Assembly (NCBI GenBank): GCA_964036045.1
Contig: OZ038378.1
Coordinates: 10,726,001 to 10,790,000 of the forward strand
Reading direction: 5' to 3'
Length of the DNA: 64,000 nt
Source of the DNA: Eutreptiella sp. 'Long Island Sound 2002'
Taxonomy: Eukaryota > Protista > Euglenida
Each line of letters starts with the position of its first letter. The first letter of the stretch is position 1. Positions 1 to 10,600 of this stretch are shown one piece after another. A program made the translations under genes and the position numbers. A model generated the notes under the pieces. It worked only from the letters and a program-made list of their open reading frames with translations. It had not been told where the DNA came from and ran no database searches.

Positions 1-773
1 TGTTGCAGATCATGAGCTGCGTTTCAGGCCATGAGGTGTTGAGAGCTCTTGAAGGTTGCTCAACGTGCGGGTGGATGCTGCTTGAGGGCTGTTGCCCGTC
101 GGAGCGAGGCACACAAACTTGTTGGGAGCTGTTGAGGGGTGGATGAGCGGCCGGTGCATCATTGACACTTTGTTGAGGGCAGTGGAGGGCTGAGTAACGG
201 ATTCAGGATCACCCAGTCTTGCTGGTGAGTGTGCGACCCTTTTGGCTGGGGGTCACAACTGTGAGGCTTTGAGTCGTGACCAGCCGGGTTTGTAGCCTCT
301 CCTCCAATGCTGTCAGCAGATCAATGTGCAAATTGCGTGCTCCGTGTATTTCTGGGCAACAATGGTGCAATAGAAAGGTTCACCATGTTGAGGCAGTCGG
401 CGAATCATCTCGAACGAATTGTCAGATCATGCGCAGGTGCAATAAACTGCACTTGGGTACATTCGAGGGGGTAGTTTTGCAGCATTCCCCTACGGGTTGA
501 ATTCGGGAGCTTTCTCCATTTGAAAGCATCGGTTAAGAAGCATTTCCCCGCAAAAAAAAAATTTTGGACTTCGGCCTAGCCAAGCCCCCAAAAGGCTGAG
601 AACCAACTGTTTGGGTGCCACTGTTGTCTTGTGTTTGCTGACGTCTCCTGATGAGGGTCTGTGGGTGTGTACACACAGCCTTGTGACCCCACCCTGATCG
701 TGGGGATTTAGACAGGGGCTCGTTCTTCATCCGTAGCCCGCAAGGATTGCAGCAATCTGCCCCCGGAGGCGGC

Positions 774-955
774 TACTCCCCTGCCAGCACCGACAAGCTC
801 CACATTCGTTATTCCCAGACCGTGAGGTCTGAAGGGTGCCCTGAGAATGATATGGGAAGTGTAACGCCGGGGGGTGGGGGGGGACGGATCACGGAGTGTC
901 ACACATCAGCGGTGCACTGCATTTCCAGGCATTTTGCCCGTGGTGTTTCAAGTAG
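774..955 (+). repeat. Dispersed repeat (SINE/MITE-like), copy 1; homologous to 29952-30125
   Basis: Shared colinear blocks ACTCCCCTGCC..GACAAGCT(C/T)CACATTC..ATTCCCA.ACCGTGA and GAGTGTCACAC(A/G)TCAGCGG(T/C)GC(A/G)CTGCA.TTCC.GGCATTT. Confidence 0.65.
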
Positions 956-3581
956 AGTGTGCTCCCTGCGTCATTAATCCGCGGCCTTTCTGTACTCAGA
1001 CTGAAGGTCTGTCGGTTCTGTGGATGGGCGACTGGGCAACAGGGAAAAGGGTGGAAAACATTTGAATCCGGCGCACATGGTCGCACCCAACATAGCCTCC
1101 CACAGTTCACCCCGTGCGCCTATGAAGCGTCTGGGCAGCAGGGCAGCAGGGCAGCAAGGGACAGGAGGAGACGCGCATCGTTCTCCTGCACCGCAACTCC
1201 ATGCGCATAACAACAGTGAAGACATCGAGACTAAGTAGAACACGAAGTGGTAAATGTGCAAAAGAAAAGTTAATGACTGAAGCTCACCGAAGTTTCGGCC
1301 GCCGAATTTGCAGCTGGCCTTCAGGGCGGCCCTCAGGTGTCCATCACGATGCGCCCCGCGTGTGGCGCGTGGGGAGACAGGACACCCCGAGCCTGCGAGG
1401 GTTTACGATGCCTGCGAGACAACACCTCATGGCTCTTGCTCTGCACCACCCCTGCCCCCCTCACTGCCCACTTGCCAAATACCATGAGTCGGACTCAGGC
1501 GGTTTTCCACTCATCGGTGTTCTGCACCAAAGCACATCTGATGGAAACCCCCCTTAGGGGCTGTTCCACAAAGGTCTGCTCCTGCTGCCCAGTTCCTGCA
1601 AGCGCCGGCAGGCTTCGCATTCAGCCAAGCCCCCGAAGTGCAAGTGGCAAAAGTCTCGAACGGTGTGGCGCCCTTCCGCCGAACTACAAACACGTGGGAT
1701 TGTGGGCGCAAAGGCACATTCTGTCATGAGGTTGGGGGGAGGGGGGCCGGAACTTTTAGTCCTCTTGCCGTGGGTTGCGGTGTGCACCCGGGCGTTGCCT
1801 AGTGACGCCCACACGGGGGGCGGGGTTTTTGGGGGGGCCCGACGGCGGGGCTTACCCCCCTCCCCCCCCCCCCAAGCACCCAGACGAACTCCTCAGACCA
1901 GGACCAGCAAAGTGAATCAGCGGGAGCCCAGTCAAGGGAAAGTGACAGCGGAGAGCCACTGCCTAAGGGAAGGGGGGGTGCCGCCCTGACCCGTCCCATC
2001 GGGGGCATGGCGCTTGTTCGCGTGCTGCCCGTGTATGATAGTTTAGGCGGACAACCACAGATGCAGCCCATGCACTTGCGGAGGTGAGCACTGGTAACGT
2101 ACGCAAGAACGCTCGTACGGTGCCCATATGATTTGAACCGCACCCCCGACGGTAGGGACAGGCCGCGGCACGTTTGAGTGCCAAATCAGATTTTGCAAAG
2201 TCTGGTCACGGGAGCCCTCAAGGCCTGTCCCAGGAGCTGCCCCCAAAGCCGACACGCACATCAACATCCGAGGACACAGCAATGCCCAATGAGCGTACGC
2301 AACAACACCTCACCAAAGATTGACCCTCAATTCCGTGGTTCCCAAATTCGCGGAAACCTGATGCACGACTGAATGCCCCCGCCACAGATACCTGCAGCCA
2401 TCAATCCTTGACTTGGAAGCGCCAAAATGAATCCGCAGCATTGCCTGAGACTACAGAATATTGACTCCACGGCTCCAAGGCAATCACAACACCTTCGTGG
2501 AGTATGCTTTGGTAGTGCGGTGCACACATCGTGTGACTCAGGACATACTTCAGATGCATTTGGGTGGGGTGCACGTGCTTGTCTGCCACTGGTGCAGTGT
2601 GTCTCAGTGTACTGGTTTGGCTTGGCGAGACGCAATCCTTTCCCCATACACACACACACACACACATCCTGGCCCCCCGCCTCCTCTGTAGCAAAAATCA
2701 AGTGATGTGCATGACTTTAGCTGGGCGCTCTGCAGTCCGGCACGTTCGTTGCACGCATTACCCCCGTTCCCGGTTCCCTTTCACTCCTGCTTGAATCGTA
2801 CCACAACGGCGCCCGCCATCTGTCGCGGTCCAAAACACGCCCATCATTCGATCCGTCCCTCCCCTTCCCTTGCTCTACCTTCCTGTCTCTGCAGGCACAG
2901 TCTCCCGTGTCTCTGCCGTCCATCTCCTGACCCTGCCCCATGAGCAGGTCGCAAGTGGCGGTTCTCCACCATCCAGCGGAGCCTGGATAACCACCGAGAC
3001 AGGCCCCTCGTACTGTCTGGTCTGCGTTGGTGTGGCCTGCGCTGTCAGTTGCTGGTCTATCCCGCCCCGAACCCCGTCGTCTCTGTGGCAAAAAGCATCT
3101 GCATATCTTTGGTCTATGTAATTGGGCGATGAATCATAATTTATATAAGAGGAGGAGGAGGGCGCGAGAGCAACACCCACCTCCGCAATGACTCCAGATT
3201 TCCTGCTGTCGGGTCCCGTGACCTACCCCCTCCCCCCCACAAAATTTGCTCTGGCGCCTTCAATGGCTGTTGGCGGTGAACGGACGGGGGTTGACGCCTC
3301 AATCCCGAACAAGCCGGCAATCGCAGGAGACCCCGGACTGTGATCTTCGTCCTCTTCATGGGATGACAGTTGGCGAACCGCGGGTGTCAAATTGCCTGGT
3401 CGGGTGTGGGTGGAAGCAGATGTTGGTTGGAGCTGGAGTGGAGGTGGGATTGATGGAGGGGGACCCGGCATGGCGGGGCACGCGGTAGCGCGGGAGTACC
3501 CCTGAGCTATCGAGCTCCGCGGAGATGCCCTGGAGGCAGGATTGGAGGTGGGCCCTGCTGTAGCTGCTCTTGGACTAGGGC

Positions 3582-4901
3582 TCATGCCACAAGACCCGTG
3601 CCCGCCACACTCAACTTCTTGTAGGCCTCGGCGAAGTCGTGGTAGAACCTCCGCGAGTCCTGCGCATACAGTTTGATGTACGGGAGACACTCCGCGTCCT
3701 CGGGCAGCGCCTTGTCCGAGGGCAATCCGATGTGGGAGGTCATGGCCTTCTGCTCCGCCGTCATGTTGGGGGCCGCCCACGGCTTCTCCAGCAACGTCTT
3801 GTAGTACGTGTTGTCGAACGTGACCGGGTCCCCGAACCCTTTGGAGCCGAGCGTGTGGGCCCCGCACAGCGCCACGAACTCCTGCGTCGTGAAGCCGGAC
3901 TTCGCGAAGTGCGCGCGGAGCTCCGGTCCGCTGAGGGTCTCCTCCGGGATCCGCCCGGGGGGATCTGCCGCGGCGGCGTCCACGCGGCCCAAGGGCACGG
4001 TGATGCTCGGCCCCCCGGCGGCCTCGACTACGTAGGCCCCCGCGAGGCAGATGAGGTCCGCGAAGGACAGCGCGGCAGCGGGCCCGCCTTGCAACAGCTG
4101 CTGGGCCTCTTGGACGGGGCGGAGGCCTCGCTTGAGCCCCCGGCTCTCGGGCCGGTCCAGCTCAAACTGCACGGAGGCATTGGCCCCGCCCGTGCCCGTC
4201 CGCACGTCGTACGTCCCGGCGTCGTGGAAGACAAGCCGCAGGACCGCCGGGTACCGCGCGCTCGGGATGCTCCGGGCGAAGGCCTCCCGGACGGCGCTCC
4301 GGACCGCGGCCTCGTCGGCGGCCAACGCCGGCGCCGCTGTGAAGGCGGTGGACAGCCCCGCCCCCAGGCCCACGGCGGAGAGCACCGCCTGCCGCCGCGG
4401 CAGACCCAGGGCGGAGGGTGGGGGGGTCGGGGCGGCGCTGCAGCTCTCGGAATGCGGGCGTGTCCCCGGCGACCGCCTTGTCACGTGCCGAGCGATGCCC
4501 AGTGTTGCCGCGACGCAGCTCCCCAACGCCAGCCACCACCATTCCATCGCCGAAGCCGTGCCCACCCGCGCAGGAGCTCCATGGGCGGCCCCCCGCTGCG
4601 GGCTCCCAGGGAGGGGCCTACCGCGACCCCGCGGCGCCTCCATGGCAGCGAAGCTCGCAGGGTGTGCATGGGACTCTTTCCCGGGGGCGTGGGCAATGCC
4701 ATGTGCCTTGGAACTCGTTGCCACGCCCCGTGCGACTGTGTGGTAGACCGGGAACTGATCGTGGTGCTTCTTGACGACGGTCCAAACAAGACCCCCCATT
4801 ACGAGGCCGATGATCACCGACACCACCATCTCCGTGCGCACAAACGAACCGGCGGTGTCATCAGCAGCACGTCTGTCCATGATGAGTGTCTCGTAACGCA
4901 T
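3582..4901 (-). CDS. Ascorbate peroxidase-related protein (APx-R / APX6 class, class I heme peroxidase); plastid- and probably thylakoid-lumen-targeted; intronless; 439 aa from ATG 4901
   Basis: Motifs RLVFHDAGTY (distal Arg/His), GGANASVQFELDRPE, SFADLICLAG, LGRVDA, GAHTLGSKGFGDPVTFDNTYYKTLLEKPW and GLPSDKAL closely follow the APx-R pattern, including the short loop after the proximal His and no proximal Trp. The ORF track starts at GTG 4958, but the first ATG is at 4901 (MRYETL...). Confidence 0.93.
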   Translation of the reverse strand: MRYETLIMDRRAADDTAGSFVRTEMVVSVIIGLVMGGLVWTVVKKHHDQFPVYHTVARGVATSSKAHGIAHAPGKESHAHPASFAAMEAPRGRGRPLPGSPQRGAAHGAPARVGTASAMEWWWLALGSCVAATLGIARHVTRRSPGTRPHSESCSAAPTPPPSALGLPRRQAVLSAVGLGAGLSTAFTAAPALAADEAAVRSAVREAFARSIPSARYPAVLRLVFHDAGTYDVRTGTGGANASVQFELDRPESRGLKRGLRPVQEAQQLLQGGPAAALSFADLICLAGAYVVEAAGGPSITVPLGRVDAAAADPPGRIPEETLSGPELRAHFAKSGFTTQEFVALCGAHTLGSKGFGDPVTFDNTYYKTLLEKPWAAPNMTAEQKAMTSHIGLPSDKALPEDAECLPYIKLYAQDSRRFYHDFAEAYKKLSVAGTGLVA

Positions 4902-4978
4902 GGGCAATCGACTGGGCCTCGATGCGGCACTTCGAGTGGCGAGCGGACGGTTGCACAAAGGCCCAAAAAAATCGAACC

Positions 4979-5005
4979 CTCAAAAAGACAGAGAGGACAA
5001 AGGGA
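4979..5005 (-). promoter_or_regulatory. Candidate spliced-leader trans-splice acceptor for the APx-R gene
   Basis: Minus strand reads TTCCCTTTGTCCTCTCTGTCTTTTTGAG, a polypyrimidine tract plus AG about 80 nt upstream of the ATG. Closer AGs exist, so the exact site is uncertain. Confidence 0.4.
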
Positions 5006-5524
5006 AGTATCTGTGCCGCGCGCACACGGCGCACTACTTTTGAGGCGCATTTTTCCGGGACGGCCTGGGCTTTCCCCCCTCCTAAAACGGCCCTACAGAG
5101 AGAAGGCTCCTTGGTGGTAAGCACGGTTGCTTGGTCGGGATAGGTGGCTAACTCCCGCACCGCGCACGCGCGCCGCATCAGGTGTTCCCCCCTGATCGGC
5201 AAGAGAAGCGGACTCAAAACTGCAAAGAATGCCTGTGGGGCTTCAAACATGCGCTTGGTAGTGGGATTTGCAATCGGATTTCTCAACAATATTCGTGCGC
5301 CAGAAATTCATTTGGCAAATTCATAAAATCGCCGTTTGGGAGGGGATGCCTCAACTGCTACTGCACTAAGGTCACCACGTTGCTGTTGAGCAACAAGATT
5401 TGGCTGATGAGACTCAGGCGGGTTCTGTGGTGTCTTGCCATGCCCTGAATAGAGTGTGCACAGCTCCCTTACATCCCGCATATGCCCCATGGAGAACAAA
5501 GTCTCACACCACCGTTAGTGCAGC

Positions 5525-5700
5525 AGGCTGTATGTAGCACAGCTTGATCTTGGAGTTATGTAGCCCCTTTGCCCACATATGGGCCTCCAAGACAGCAGGG
5601 GTTATGTAGCCACTTTGGGAGCTATGTAGCCACGTCTGACTTTGTCCCCTTGTTGGGGACCCCAAAGAAGGTTGAGAAGAGGCCTGGACCACAAGCTTGG
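5525..5700 (-). repeat. Degenerate relic of the 85-bp satellite family in reverse orientation
   Basis: Contains GGGGTTATGTAGCCAC, GACTTTGTCCCC and TTGGGGACCCC, which are reverse complements of core monomer motifs. Confidence 0.6.
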
Positions 5701-8114
5701 GGTGCAGTATATGCACGCGTTCAGCGGTAACCCCGTTAAACATACACTTTGTGAAAAAACGTGCGCATGACAGGGCTGTAAGCCCCTAGAACGGAAATGT
5801 GTGACCAATGAAAATTTTACGGTGCCATCGCTGTAAACATTGATGAATGTCAGTCAAATTTCACATATTCTCTATCAACAAGTATATGCAAGTCTGAAAA
5901 ACAAGTTCCAGCGGCGTCTTAAACTAATAGTGCAGGATCCGGACCTTGTTCAAAATTGCTGCAACGGTTGATTGGCAGCCCCAAGGAAATGTGTAAAACA
6001 GATCCATAAAAGGGTAGATAGCTATACGTTGCAGTTTCTAGACAAGCTAGAAGAGTCATCCTAATTGGACAACTGCAAGGGGGGGAATATTGATCAAATG
6101 TGTCCCAAACAGTTAATCAATGCTCCCATTGTTCGCAATGTTGTGTGTGGTGATTAACCCTCAATATCACATCTACGTGCAAAAATGTTTACGGCCTTGC
6201 GCCGTAAAAAAAAGTTGTTTCCTTCATGGTTGGAACCCCATATACTAATTGAAACATATGTTCTCTGTCTGACGGAGAAGGGCAAAGATGGACAAATTGG
6301 GAGGAACCTGCATAGTCTACTTGTACCATTGCTATGCTACCAGGCATCCCCTCTCGTAAGCATACCATGTGGTGACAGCCGCAAACAATGACCCCTCCCT
6401 CCCCCCTGCACCGGTTGTTACATGCGAAATCACATCAAAGTATGAGCCCTCATCTACTGCAGGCACAGCAACCCGTGTACCATGGAACAACAGCATCTAG
6501 TTCCAAAATGTCATCCTGCTCAGCAAGGTCCTCAAAGATGGGTGTTACAACAACCGCTTCAGTTTTGTCATTTTCCACTGCACCAAATTTGGTGTCACCA
6601 TCACTCAACTTGTCCTCGGGTACGTCCTAGGGTTCCTAACCAGGCACTGCAAGGGCAACCTCCTCTATCTCACTATCAGACGCTACAAGCACCTTGGCTG
6701 CAGAGGAGCAGTTACCACTGCGGGTTACCATTTTGATACCTATGGGTGACACAGAGAGCCCATTTCAACCAACCTAACCCACTTTTTCATCCCATGACCC
6801 CCCCCCCCCTCCTATTCCACATGCCCCAACACACATGCAAAACCCACTTCACAGCAAAATTTCATGCTACCCAACGGGACTTGCTTTTGCAAAACAAAGA
6901 AACGGGACTAGGGCATTGATGTGTCGGTGTTGTGGCAAACATGTAGACCAATGTACACACACGGTACGTGCATTGTGCCTCACACTCTCTGGTGCGCTCC
7001 TATAATGCTTCTGATCCATCACTTGGCAAGTAGGTGCAGGAGGAGGTTGGGGTGGAGGTCTTTTTGGTAAAAGTCCACACCCATTTGGTTAGAAATCTTT
7101 TGTTTGAACACCAACTTCAGCACATAACTACCCCCCCTCCGTAATAAAATCCTGTACTAGACACTATTGATTCACTGGATATTATTTTGTTACCAGAGAA
7201 TAATATGGACTGTGCTTCTTTTGGTGTGTGATGTGTCCCATGTCCTGTGTCTCTCCCCCTGCACTGCTGCAATACCCTACAAGACATCCTTTCCCATGTC
7301 AGATGATGAGGGTAGTGACATTTCCCATGGATATGTGTCAAATGAGGGGGATTACTCCGACTCTGAATCCAGTCCTGATGTTGCTCCAAGTGCTCCAAGT
7401 TGCTGCAAGTCCCATGTTCCTCATGCTGCACCTGTGGTCTTGCCGGCCCCTGCCCCAACAATTCGCTTTCCTATTTCTCACGCAAGTGAAAACATTGATT
7501 GAGGACACAGTTGTAAAAGTGTGTGTTGCGATGTTCTGCGAGTGATGCTACTCATGCTCCGAGAAGTAACAACAATAGCAATCATCCATAGGCAGTGGAT
7601 ACTAATTTTGATGTGTGAAAATAATATCCGGTACTGGACTTTATTTTCAAATACTGGGTATTGTTCAAGGGGGGTTTGAAGAGGTTTTTGCCACACTCCA
7701 CCATGTTATGTCCAAAGCTACAACAAAGTAGACATTTGTGACCTCCACAGTTTTTGCATTTTTTTTTTTTTGATCAAAAAGGCCAGTTCATAAGTGCCAG
7801 GGGCCACAGTGGACCAAGGTCGAAGTAAGATACAGATTTCGGCGAAGCCAGGGTATGCATACGGGCTGCAGCTCGTGACTGTGCCCCCATGGTTTCCCAT
7901 TGAGGTTGGTGTAGTCATGTCAATGGTACTTCCCACTCATTTGGGTCCCAGTGCGTTTTGTGGCGTTTCGGTAGCGGTTGTAACGGGACTTCCCACAAGG
8001 TGGGGTCCCAGTGCTCCCGCGGCCGCTTCCGTATCAGGTATATCGTCTGTCGGGCTGGTCGGGTTGTTTGCCAGTATTGTGATGTCTTGTGTTTGCACTT
8101 GGCTCACCAAATAC

Positions 8115-8912
8115 ATGGCACAGGCACTTCCGCCGCGAGAAACGCCCCAAAACCTACGGAACCAAGTCGGGGCGCCCACGTGGTGCGGCGCGAAACGCAA
8201 ACGTAAGGCCGAGGACGCAACGGCTGACCCAATCGACCCCGGCCAATGGTTACAAGATGCACGCAACGCGGGCGATAGTGAAGCAGTGGCATGGTTCGTC
8301 GCGCGAGCCACTAACACAGGGGCAGACGACCACATAAAGAAACGTCAGCGCCTCAACGTTGACACACAGCGGTGGGAACAGTACAAGACAACCACAGACA
8401 GGCTGGCAAACGAACACGCACAGCAAGCACGGGACATATACCACAAAGCACACCTGGAGGCGATGGCACGACAACACCTGCGCACCCTACACATGGGCTA
8501 CACCAACGCACTGACGGCAAAAACCGACTACCACAGGCTTGTCGTAAAACTAGTCAACCAACAGAGACAAACACAACGACTGCACGACACACATGCACAC
8601 CTGTACCAAATACGTAGGCAATGGTACGAACAAGCGAAGGAAGACACAAGGTTGTGGTACACTGACGCAAAACTGCTACTGATGGTCAATGACCGATACT
8701 GGAGGCTGAGTGCAGGCACTGCCAAGCTACTTGACCTGCACCATCAACAAGCGACCTACATGTGGCAGCAGCAGACACACCTGACTGCCATGGCACAGTA
8801 CTACCAAGACGCCTGCACACAGTTTTTGCATTTTGTACCTGGGGGGGGGGGGGGGGACATGAGCACTTTTGGGGGATTGGTTCTTTTGTCCATGTCTACA
8901 GCCAATTTGTAG
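8115..8912 (+). CDS. Orphan ORF (265 aa from ATG 8115; frame open from 7794), possibly of mobile-element or viral origin
   Basis: Long open frame with basic clusters (KRKRK, KKRQR) and a Q/H/T/A-rich, probably helical body. Its A/C-rich codon usage differs from the GC3-rich host genes. It runs into a poly-G stretch at 8841. No family recognised. Confidence 0.3.
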   Translation: MAQALPPRETPQNLRNQVGAPTWCGAKRKRKAEDATADPIDPGQWLQDARNAGDSEAVAWFVARATNTGADDHIKKRQRLNVDTQRWEQYKTTTDRLANEHAQQARDIYHKAHLEAMARQHLRTLHMGYTNALTAKTDYHRLVVKLVNQQRQTQRLHDTHAHLYQIRRQWYEQAKEDTRLWYTDAKLLLMVNDRYWRLSAGTAKLLDLHHQQATYMWQQQTHLTAMAQYYQDACTQFLHFVPGGGGGDMSTFGGLVLLSMSTANL

Positions 8913-10208
8913 GAATTCATTTTTTAAATCCGGACGAAGCCACACACCACCCTCCGCCAAACAAAACCGCAAACAATCATTGTGTGAGGAGGGGGTATGG
9001 ACGTGTCGAATAATGCCTCGTGTTGCAAATATTGCACTCAGGTGGGTCATTCATAATCTATTTAGGATGCTTAGGCCGCAAAATGGGTTGGCTTGACAGT
9101 GTTGGCTGCAAATGATGTGGAAGCACACCCGGGGAGACAGCACGCAGCCGGTCTCTGTTTGACAATTGAGCGACTTCTGCTCCGTACCGTTGCTCACGTT
9201 CCGAATGCCCTTGTGAAAGGACCAGTTGTCCGGTTGTGATCTCCGAGTTGACTTGTGCACCAATAAAACATTAAACCTTGTGTCCAGCCACTTCCGAAAA
9301 AGATGCACACTAGTCTCCGCGGTGCTCCATGATGTGCTTGACACACAGGGGTGATGTGCAACAAAAAAGACCAGGCATGACTTCTGAATCTAGAACTACC
9401 ATGAGAACACTGCATGGACGTAGAGAAAGGTTGCATGCTGGTCTAGCTGAACTGTATGACAGAAACAACGAGGTAGATTGCTTCAAACTGGAACCGCACA
9501 ATTCGCATGAGCACAAAGTTGCAATACCGCCACAATCAGGGAAGATCTTGAGGTGATGTCCGCCTTGCACTTGCAGAGGCCTTGCTGTCCCAAATCACAT
9601 CTCTGAGGGCAACCGCTTGTGAAGTGGAAGCACGCAAACATGTGGGTGTCATGATGATGCTCGGCAAAGTGAGGGAAAATGATATATGCGGGCACCAAAT
9701 ATATACACATATATGTACATATATATACATACATATATATGGATCATGCACATGTGATGTGGGCAAGAAATGCTGGAAACACATGACCTGATGCAATGCG
9801 GCGAATCACATTCTTGCGAAGCATCAACTCTCATACCATTACATATCATCGCTCACTCACGCGAGAAACCAACCCAATGTGGACCACCGGAGCGGTTCAT
9901 TGATGATGACAATGGTGGCTCATTGCTAAAAGATTTTGCCAACCACCGTGCTTCCCCGTGCTTGCACCATGTGGCCCAATCTTGGCCATTCCCAATGAAA
10001 AATGTGGCTGCATGTGTTACCTATGTATGTAGTGATTTCGATGAGGGAAGTTGCTATCATGGTTAGGCAGGTAGTCCAAAAGGGGCATGCAAGAGAGGGT
10101 CCAAACAGGGCATACGAGACACATATATAAGGGTTCCATCGACATATAATGCCCTCTATCCTGCATGTTCCAACCCAACCATCATTGTTCCATCCACCAA
10201 CCAAACAC

Positions 10209-10600
10209 TCACCTTGTCTCCACCCACCAAGCCATCATCTTGCCACACTTCTTCTTTCCATTTGTATCTCTGTCATTCTCACCATACTGCGAGACAACTT
10301 TTGTGCCATCTTTGCAAAGCAGATGAACACGGGCATCTTTTCCACACTTGAAACTGGTGACGCCATCTTTGCAAGCAGAGGGGCCCAAGCCCAAATTGTT
10401 AATTTCGGAGCACCATTGATTGTCGCATCCAGTGTAGTACCGGTAGTGCCCACAGTAGTGCGTCTTCCCCTTGCCATCTTTGAATGTATCTTGACCATTG
10501 GTCCAGCCCCCTTTGCTTGCATCATAATTCCCCTTGTAGGTTTTGGAGTATATCTTGCATTCTTTTTTTGACGGCCCAGTGCCCATGTCTGTCCCGTGAA
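10209..10600 (-). pseudogene. Possible decayed fragment of a small Cys/Gly/Lys-rich protein with a beta/gamma-crystallin-like motif
   Basis: Translation includes NNLGLGPSACKDGVTSFKCGKDARVHLLCKD, resembling the Greek-key 'ND.(V/I)SS(F/I)K(V/C)G..V.L' pattern. Pattern recognition only. Confidence 0.22.

Noticed and set aside
1-130. Minus-strand peptide RALNTSWPETQLMICN resembling a Mutator transposase 'FP...C..H' motif
   Set aside because: Cut off by the window edge, too short, and no other MULE motifs are visible.
3639-5120. 493-aa plus-strand ORF and other long overlapping ORFs
   Set aside because: Antisense shadows of the GC-rich APx-R CDS with no recognisable motifs. The same applies to ORFs opposite MSH3 exons (e.g. 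39844-40635, 48210-48986).
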